64,000 bases of DNA from Octopus sinensis (taxonomy: Eukaryota). The notes below the pieces were generated by a model. It saw only the letters and a list, made by a program, of their open reading frames with translations, was not told where the DNA came from and did no database searches. The translations under genes were made by a program, and so were the position numbers. Numbering within the stretch: the first letter of the stretch is position 1; the number at the start of each line of letters is the position of its first letter. Where the stretch lies: positions 14,880,001 to 14,944,000 of the forward strand of contig NC_043000.1 in the NCBI RefSeq assembly GCF_006345805.1, given 5' to 3'. Shown piece by piece: positions 55,301-64,000 of this stretch.

Positions 55301-55575
55301 TATATATATATATACACACACACACGTTTTTTTTAGTTTTTTTTGCTTTTATACCTGAGAGTATCTTGTACTCAAGGTTGAAAGGTCACCATTCAACCTT
55401 GCTGTCATCTTTTGGGTTGGTGCCTCTGAGTGCCTTGCTTGACTAAATTCAAAATCAAATTAACATAGATGGTCCTCTTCCTTCTACTAGGTTAGAGTCT
55501 TTGGCTCATTGTCATTTCTCTCTCTGGTCAAGTACCCACAGTCAAGAACAGTTATTGATGATGTGTGTGTGTGTG

Positions 55576-55642
<67 letters not shown>

Positions 55643-57020
55643 TTAACATTCCATAGCTTTGCTTATCATCATTGGAGTGAAATGGTGTTACATTGACACT
55701 GCATACTGACATTCTGATCATTCTGATAAAAAAAAGAACTCCTGAATTTGTTGGTAAGATCCAGGCCGTGATTGACAACGATCCTCCAAGTCGAGAAAGC
55801 GCATTGTGATCAGTGGTGTATAACAACATCCAATAATTTGATCAATATAATGATGCTATATACATCTATATATAACACAATTGTGGATCGGTTATTCTTC
55901 ACTTCAAAACATCAAGATACGAGCAATCAGCTGTCTTTCAATTGAAACTATCATTATTTCTCAACAAAATTCTCCCACCCCTCAAGGAAAGAAATGATTC
56001 GAAATAAGAAACGTGTTTCAGCGGCAGGAAACACGTTCCTCTAAAGAGTGCCATTGCAAAATATTTTATCAAAGACTTGCCGTAAGTGGATATGTAGCGT
56101 AACAAAATCGGGATTTTGAAAGACGTATCTATATGATAATTCCAGTTGTTTGAAATGTAGAAAAGAATACTTTTGATTAAAGGAAAGAATAATGAGACAA
56201 AAACATCTTAATTTCCTCTCGCTTACTCTCTTTTCCTGCCATAGAAACAATTGGCCACGGTGGGCCAAACCAAAGTAAGGAGTCCTTACGCAGTCGTTTG
56301 ACTTGCCAGAAATAAAGACCTGCCCTGTCATATTTGTTTCAAATTTTAGCACAAAGCCAGCAAGTTCAAGGAAGGGGTTAAGTCGATTACTTCGACCCCA
56401 GTGTTCGACTGGTACTTATTTTATCGACCCCGAAAGGATGAAAGGCAAAGTCGGCTTCGGCGGAATTTGAACTCAGAAACGTAAAGACGGACGTATTTCA
56501 CCTGTCATGGCAATTATTCTGCCAGCTCCTTGCTCTGTCCTGCCCAGATCGCGATTTCAAGCGAAGAACATTTTAACACCATTTAACAGATAATAAAATA
56601 AGAAAAGGACATTGAATACTGTATCATAAGTTGTTTAGTACAAGTTCTTAGCTATGAATTGAAATATCTTAATGCAAAATAACCGTTCAAGTTGGAGATC
56701 AGCACAAACAAGGGAGAAAATAGGTCTTAATTGATTCTTGTTTCTATCTTAATTCATCTTTTAATTTTTATGCCAAAGAAAAAGGTTCTTACAGAACGGC
56801 AAAAGTGTGTAAAAATTATAATCTTGGGGTGGAAAAAATTAATAAGCACGTAATAAATATGGTTTCTTTACTTTATTTGTGCCGTATAGGAAAAGGCAAA
56901 AGATTTTACAGGTTCATTCCCACTGCGTGGCACCTTGGGCAAGTGTCTTCTACTATAGCCTTGGGCTGACCAAAGCCTTGTGAGTGGATTTGGTAGACAG
57001 AAACTGAAAAGAAGCCCATC

Positions 57021-57066
<46 letters not shown>

Positions 57067-57075
57067 ATTGGTGAA

Positions 57076-57375
57076 TTGAACGCCGTCTACCAATGCAAGG
57101 TTTACACGGACTCAGATGTCTTCACTTATGTAGGGGCATCATCCTCAAGATTGTCTTTGCGTGTCTCCAACCATTACGCAACTTTTCGGGACGTGAACAA
57201 GCGCCAGACCACGGGACTCAGTAAGCTAATATGGCGACTGAAGGATACGAACCTAAGCTATAGGCTGGAATGGTCAATTTTGTCGGTGGCCCTCCCATTT
57301 GATAGGGGCAGAAGACAGTGCAACCTTTGTGTCTCCGACTCTTCCATATTTTGTTTGCCAGAGGCCGGATGGTAA
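57076..57375 (+). mobile_element. Penelope-like element GIY-YIG endonuclease fragment
   Basis: AVYQCKV..TYVG..NHYATFRD..TGLSKLIWRLKD..WSIL..CNLC. Confidence 0.75.
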
Positions 57376-58349
57376 ACGGGCTCTTACAGTCGGCGTTTCG
57401 ATGCCCCCATTGGCGGCGTTACACTTATCTGGCTTTTAAATAGCGTTTATAAATAATACCGGCACCCATAGCCCTTGGTAACAAATTCTGAAATAGCCTT
57501 TAAGATATCTACGATTAACCACTGCAAGGGGAATACTCCTGTAAGACAAACGGGGCTGGTTTTTTCACACGGGGGGTTTCCTGACAAGGCAGGCTTAGAT
57601 GAACACACACACACATAAAACATAATATATATATTATTTTTTTTTTTTCTTTTTTCTTTCTGCCACCCAACGGTTATCACGGCAGTAGCCACTGACAGCC
57701 GACGAACGATCAAACGCACACACGTACACAAAAAATGTTTTCTACCCCTACGCCAAAACACACATATATAGAACAGTACACACACACACACGTCTCTAAG
57801 TAGATTTTTTCTCGCCCCTTATAAAACATCCAATATTCCTAAATAGTCAGAACTTTATTCTCGGTCACAAAGAACATCTATACACCCTCACCCACATGAT
57901 TGACCGATGCCTGACCCGTTGAATTCTTCAGCCACCGGTTCTCAACTACACTGATAAACAGTTTCGCCATGGGCTCTTAGGAGCATAGTTCGATTTGTTT
58001 TTGTTTTTGCTCCGCCTCTGTTCTGTTTTTGTTTTTCAACGATTTCCTTTTTTCTTCCTGAAGAGAAAGACACAATATGGTCCCATTATTCAATCGGATT
58101 TTGGTAATTTGTGCCTTTCGAAACACGTGTAGAATGAAATAAAACGATGTTCTGTTCAATCTGCGTTCAGCTCCATTTCTTCAATTCACCAATAATGTTT
58201 TAATTTCAATTATCCGCACCAACGCACGGTTGCAAACGCCAGATGGTTGTACCTCCAACCGTGCTGTTTACTGCTGTGATTTTTGCTACTAAGGTATCGG
58301 TTAAACTTTTGATTAATCTACTACAAGATTATTCATCTTTCTATTTCAC

Positions 58350-58437
<88 letters not shown>

Positions 58438-58976
58438 ATGTATGTATGTATGTATGTATGTATGTATGTATGTATGTATGTATGTATGTTTGTGTGTCTG
58501 TGTTTTGTCCCCCGCCCAAGATCGCTTGACAACCGATAGAAGCGACCGATAGAATAAGTACTAGGCTTACAAAGAATAAGTCCCGGGGCCACAGTCACAT
58601 GACTGAAACAAGTAAAGAGAGAGTAATGGCAAAAGTGTGAACAAAAAGGTAAAAGAGAAAAAACAACGAAAAAACATTTTAATGGTGGAAAATACGATAA
58701 GGTGGGAGAAGGAAATTGTTCTTTTCTCTAAAAATGCAGTTAAGTTTTTTTCCAAATTTGGAATACTATTACATAACGAAAAATAATTAAAAAGGAAAAA
58801 ATCGTTTAAGCGGTGGTTAATATTCGGAATGCACAGTGAAAGAGGTGGGGCGATCTGTTCGACAAACATCATATTTAATTTTCTGTCGAGTGTTTTGGTA
58901 CGTGTGATAATAAAAGATTTTTGAAAATCCTAGAGAGAAAAAAAAATCCGATGTATATGAGAGCTATTCCGAAAGT

Positions 58977-59384
58977 GGATCTTTTCGGTTTGACGGGCAG
59001 TTTTTTCTAGCGATATCATATGAAATTGTCACCCATAATTATGACCCTAGTATCGATTTCAATCTGTTTTAGGGTTAGGGTTAAAGGTGGGGGAAGAATA
59101 TCTTTTTTTATTCACAAATGTAAATAAACCCAATATGTTTCTTAAACGAGGGACATATTCATACGGCACAGAATGTTTTCACCTCAATAGACGTCATTGA
59201 TTGGTTGAAATTGCAGAAATTGAAGAAGAAAAAACAAGAAATTTCTTACAAACTATAGAATTTTCTCAAAAAAGCCAAGAGAAAAAGATGTTTTATAAAC
59301 ACATTCTACCAGTATACGAAGTTTAAAAGTGTTTAGTTACGTGGAAATTATTTTAAAAACTGCCGGTCGGACCGAAAAGATCCC
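58977..59384. mobile_element. MITE with about 27-bp TIRs, GG..CC ends and 8-bp TSD (Merlin- or MULE-like)
   Basis: TSD ccgaaagt at 58969-58976 and 59385-59392; TIRs ggatcttttcggtttgacgggcagtttt / aaaactgccggtcggaccgaaaagatcc. Confidence 0.7.
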
Positions 59385-59608
59385 CCGAAAGTCTGCCAGT
59401 ATAGTTTTGAGGAAAGAAACAGAAAAAATAGAACTCAATACATGGGTGTGCGTATGTGTGTGTATGTGTGTATATTGATTATTCATTTTTATACTTTTTG
59501 TGATCTAATTATATGTTTTATAAAAATATTTTTTATTTGTTATTTATAATTTGGTTTATGTCTATCATTGTTAGAATTGCATAATAGTGGGTTTTTTTCC
59601 CTAATTTA

Positions 59609-59673
<65 letters not shown>

Positions 59674-59676
<3 letters not shown>

Positions 59677-60069
59677 TTATATATAAAAGTCAAGTTGTGT
59701 CTGTCTCTTACGATTTAGATTCCTAACTACTCCCACATTTTGCGGTGCAGTTTAACCAAAACCGGGTATCTTATAGTCGTGAGTCATATCGAGCCCTTCT
59801 GGGTATTAGCGCGCGTCTACGATGAGTCTACGATTTTAAAAAAATTTACCATCAATTTTTTTCCATTTTAATGCATTTTTTCGCTATTATATAAGGGAAG
59901 TAACTCTCTAAAAATGTCTACGATGAGTCAACGATTTTTTAAAAAATTTACCATCATTTTTTTTCCACTTTTAATGCATTTATTTGCTATTTTTTGGCTA
60001 TAACTCTCTAAAAATGCTTATATAGTTATTTCCCTTACAAATCCGAGCAACGCCGGGCGATACTGCTAG
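59674..60069 (+). mobile_element. Non-autonomous Helitron
   Basis: a|TCtttatatataaaag..tccgagcaacgccgggcgatactgCTAG|t. Confidence 0.8.
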
Positions 60070-61676
60070 TTTAGTACAAAGTAAGATAGGGGTTATGGGT
60101 GTAATCCACTATGGGATAGCATTTATCCAATATACTGTTGGTAAAGTACCTAGATTCTTGATACATAAATGTTTTTAATTGCAATGCAATTAACTCATTT
60201 ATTGTATTAAAATAAGTGAAGGTAAAGAAATATTTTTACCGTAAATTTATAATTGAGAGAGAGGGGAGGGAGAGTGAGAGATGTGTGTATGTGTGTGTTA
60301 TCAAGAACGCACGCTGTCATCAAGCAGGTTGTGCATGGTTACGTATTTCATTAGCGAGAACCAACTCTCATTTTACATTCAACTCTGGAGTATGCGCATT
60401 TATATAAACCTTGGTTCTTTCCCTTCGTCACTCACAATCAAGAGAAAGTTCGCGTTTTTTCTCTGAAACTTAATTTTAAAAATGTCTGGACGTTCTGGTG
60501 CGTAGCTTCTTTCTAATATTTATTATTATTAATATATTGTCATTTAATTTCTGAATATCTTTACTCAATGTCTTGATGTATATTTATATTTTTTTAAATT
60601 GTTGATTTCTCTGATTTATTTTTGTTTTTTAATTGAATCTTGCCCAAAGCATCGAATGATTTATTAATCAAAAGTCTCTAATTGTTCCAAAGTTCTTGAG
60701 TTAGCGATTGTTTTATTAGAAGTTGTAATTAGTTATTGCTTTTTATGTTTTTATGTTGATTTAAGAATAAATTACCCTGCTGCAATTGTACGTATTTTCT
60801 TTTTAGAAATCTATAAATGGTTAATTCCTTTGCGTGTCAATTTAGCATGTGGCGATTTCGTGCTACGAACATTCTATCACCTTTTAACATATAAAAAATG
60901 TTTAAGTCAAGTTTATAACAGTTTTTGTATCCTTTTAAACGGCTAATATGTCTCTTCCACGCTGTAATTGTTTAGTCACGTATCAAATGACTTGCCGGTC
61001 ATGTACCCCTCTGGAAAAACATCTGTATTTCTGTACTAAATTAATTCAAACTTCTAATCAAAATTTAAGAGATGATAGAAATTAAATTGTGAAACATCAG
61101 GAAATTAATATAAACGATTTTATTAAACAGTAAGAAGTTATAAAAATAGCTTTGTAGTTAGTTCGGACAATTACTGCCGTAAGTAATGTTATGGCCATAT
61201 ATCACGTGGAGTGTTTGGTGTCAATGTGTGGGCTGAGAAGTAAAAAATATTCGAGTTGTTTTAAATTAACTCGGACAGATTGTTAATCCAGATCATCTCT
61301 GATTGACCCATTTCTATGATCAAAAGTGTTTCAGTCGTGATCTTCCTATCTTTTTTGTATATCTGGGACTAACATTGTTCTATAAAACAATAAGGATGTA
61401 TTGTAAGGGAATTTGGCGGTATAACTATAGTCCCTCTCCCACTGTCTTTGTATCCGCGTAAAGTCGGTGGTGGCGGGCAGCAATCTGTCATTAATGCTCA
61501 TATTTTTAATAAGATTTGAAGGGGATACGTTTTCGGGGTACTAGTTTTCGAATGCATGGGTTATGGTTATGATTATTTTAAAAAGAGAGGTTCAGACCTT
61601 TTTAATCATTCAGTAACTTATCCATGGTCGTTGCAAAGTGTAACGGGACACATTGCAATATTTCATTCAAAATGTA

Positions 61677-62463
61677 GGTAGAATTGTTCTTTAAGGTTTC
61701 TATGAGTGAATCAACTTGAAGAATCTTGACCTCAGCCTGCTGAGCGTAAAGAATCCACTTCCCCACCCAGCTCAAATTATTTAGGATAACAAAACTATTC
61801 CTTTGTGTTGTGCACCTTTGATTATAAAAATTTAAAGATAACAAAACAAACATTTACTGTATTCTAAAATTTACTGATGCCGTAGTAATATTACAAAATA
61901 TCTGGTTATATATGTTGTTAGTGATAGCATTGTTTATCTAAGGTCAGCTCGGATCAAACAGACATGCTCAAAAGCGTTCTACCGTGACCATCTCATTTAA
62001 ATCTGTAGGGTGTGATCTGAGGGATTGATGATGGTGTATTAGTGTTCTGATCTTATCTGAAAAATTACATCCCACCCCATCTCCAGGGTGCCCTCTGAAG
62101 AATCGTCACTTTCCTGGGCCTGGAGTCATGATTCTTTACCTCTAGAGTGAGACCCCCAGAATGTGGGTAGAATTGTTCTTTAAGGTTTCTATGAGTGAAT
62201 CAACTTGAGGAATCTTGCTGAGCATAAAGAATCCACTTCCCCACCCAGCTCAAATTATTTAGGATACCAAAACTATTCCTTTGTGTTGTGCACCTTTTAT
62301 TATAAAAATTTAAGAAAATAAATTTAAATCTGGAGGATTAATGATGGTGTGTTAGAGTTCTGATCTTATCTGAAAAATTACATCCCATCCATCTCCAGGG
62401 TGCCCTCTGAATAATTGTCACTTTCCTGGGCCTGGAATCGTGATACTTTACCTCTAGAGTGAG
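61677..62463. repeat. Local X-Y-X'-Y' duplication
   Basis: X at about 61677-61838 and 62168-62311; Y at about 62017-62151 and 62331-62463. Confidence 0.8.
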
Positions 62464-64000
62464 ATCTTCAACCAAAAGAATTTCTACTAACTTGCAGAAC
62501 TATAACAACAGTCCTCTTAATAATCCAACTTCATTTGCTGCCCATATTATTTCTAACTACCCGAAAGAAATATTCGCAAACTGTCTGTCTCCATTTTGTT
62601 TGCCTTGTTCTCATGGAAGTGCAATTACAAAGTTGAGTCTTTATATGGATACTAAACCTACAAGAAATAACTAAATCTCCCACAAATCAACTCCTGCTGT
62701 CTTAAATAAAGGGATATGTGTGGTAATGTAAAGCTAGATACTCATATGGACATCTTTAGCATCACAGCAATATTGGCCCTTGTAAATTAGTGGATCCTAC
62801 AAGGGTTTAAGAAATGTATCACCTGAGCTAAGATAAGTTTTAAACCCACCGTGATGGTCAACAAATTCCATTTACCATCTCCTGCATTACAGAGCAATCA
62901 GTCAAGAATCTGAACAAGCTTTTTGACTCAGCGATGAAAGACTCTGCTACTATTTAAAAGTTCAGCTAAGACCATGAAGCTAGCAGGCACCAGGCCTGGT
63001 TCTATCAATATTGTATCTGGGTCCCAAGTTTTGTGGCCTCTACTTCTTGATAGAGTCCACTGACAACAGTTGACTCCCTCAAAATGAAGACTGGTGGCCT
63101 TTTTCTACAAGTAGCTGGATCTTTCTCACAACGGCAACATCTAGCTTCTCCTGTTCAATGGCTTTTGTAGTGGCATGAATTAGTGAGGTGCTGCAGTACA
63201 GGGACCAGAAGTTTTCCTCAGTTGGCATCGAGGTGAGAGCAGTGAGAAAATGAAAGTGGCAGTCACAGCTAAGGCAAAAAGTGCTGATAGACACCAGGGT
63301 AACAGTCTTAAGGGCAGAGGCTTACAATATTTCCCAAAGACCCAGGGCAAGGTGACACACCATCTTATCTAGAAAGTGGTTTGTGTAAGATAAAGAGCAA
63401 GTGAGCAAGATAATAGGCCTCAAGCAACAAGAAGTACGGAATATCATAGTTTTAATCATATGCTTGCTCAATCAAGTGTAATCTTAGAATGCTTCTTCTG
63501 TTACTATCAGTTTATTCTAGAGGTAACTCCTATCCTTACTAAATGCTATAATTTCCTTGCCAAAATTATGCAAAACATGATATACCTAACTCTCAAACAG
63601 AATTATTCCTATCACTTTCACTTCCAATTGTCTCAAGAATAATGGAAAAGGTTATAAATGACCATGTCCTTCATCTCCAAGAATCTCCCTCTTTTATCCA
63701 TGTCTGGAATGATAGCTTTTTAACTCGGTCACTTGTTTATGTACTCCATCAATTTCTTGGATACTGGCTGTGTGATCACTACAGGGGGTTTAGTTGTGAT
63801 TGTAAATAGTGTAGGTGGTTTTAGATGTGTAATGTCTGTTTGTGATGCTTTTGTCCTCATAGCGTGATGTTTTGGAGTTTTTTACCAGTTGAAGAGGGGA
63901 CTTGTATGGGGAGGGGGCTGTTGATGTTGTCTCTATTTTGGTGAAAAAGTGACTAGAATTGTGTGTAATTTCAAACAGCAGCAAACAAGAGAGCCATTCG
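62460..64000 (-). mobile_element. Possible highly degenerate L1/Tx1-like LINE (APE end and RT start)
   Basis: PCSDHTA motif near 63780 and weak RT-like remnants; many stop codons. Confidence 0.3.

Noticed and set aside
55705-55790. SDKKRTPEFVGKIQAVIDNDP, resembling a Tc1/mariner N-terminal piece
   Set aside because: Too short and without TIRs to call confidently.
57950-57981. Hammerhead-like CTAAGA-GCC(cat)GGC-GAAAC on the minus strand
   Set aside because: Core G is missing and the cleavage triplet would end in G; at best decayed.

Overview
AT-rich, microsatellite-saturated animal genomic DNA. The SINE repertoire points to an octopus/coleoid cephalopod (inference). The only host gene I can support is the last two coding exons of a PRDM14 orthologue (+ strand, 16944-17054 and 20605-20766); its upstream exons were not found. 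The rest is mostly transposon-derived. It includes three tRNA-derived SINE families, six non-autonomous Helitrons, mariner derivatives and a GG..CC MITE. It also includes fragments of RTE, CR1, Gypsy, RLE-type (HERO-like, R4-like) and Penelope (GIY-YIG) retroelements. The main hidden signal is about 12 type I hammerhead ribozyme motifs from at least 7 unrelated repeat families, mostly with palindromic stem III. They occur in short non-coding units with terminal direct repeats (428-nt and 832-nt monomers), in inverted pairs, and at the 3' end of a tRNA-headed SINE. This suggests a Penelope-dependent, retrozyme-like system that inserts into (TA)n tracts. No ribozyme activity can be shown from sequence alone. 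Nearly all long ORFs in the supplied track are microsatellite artefacts.
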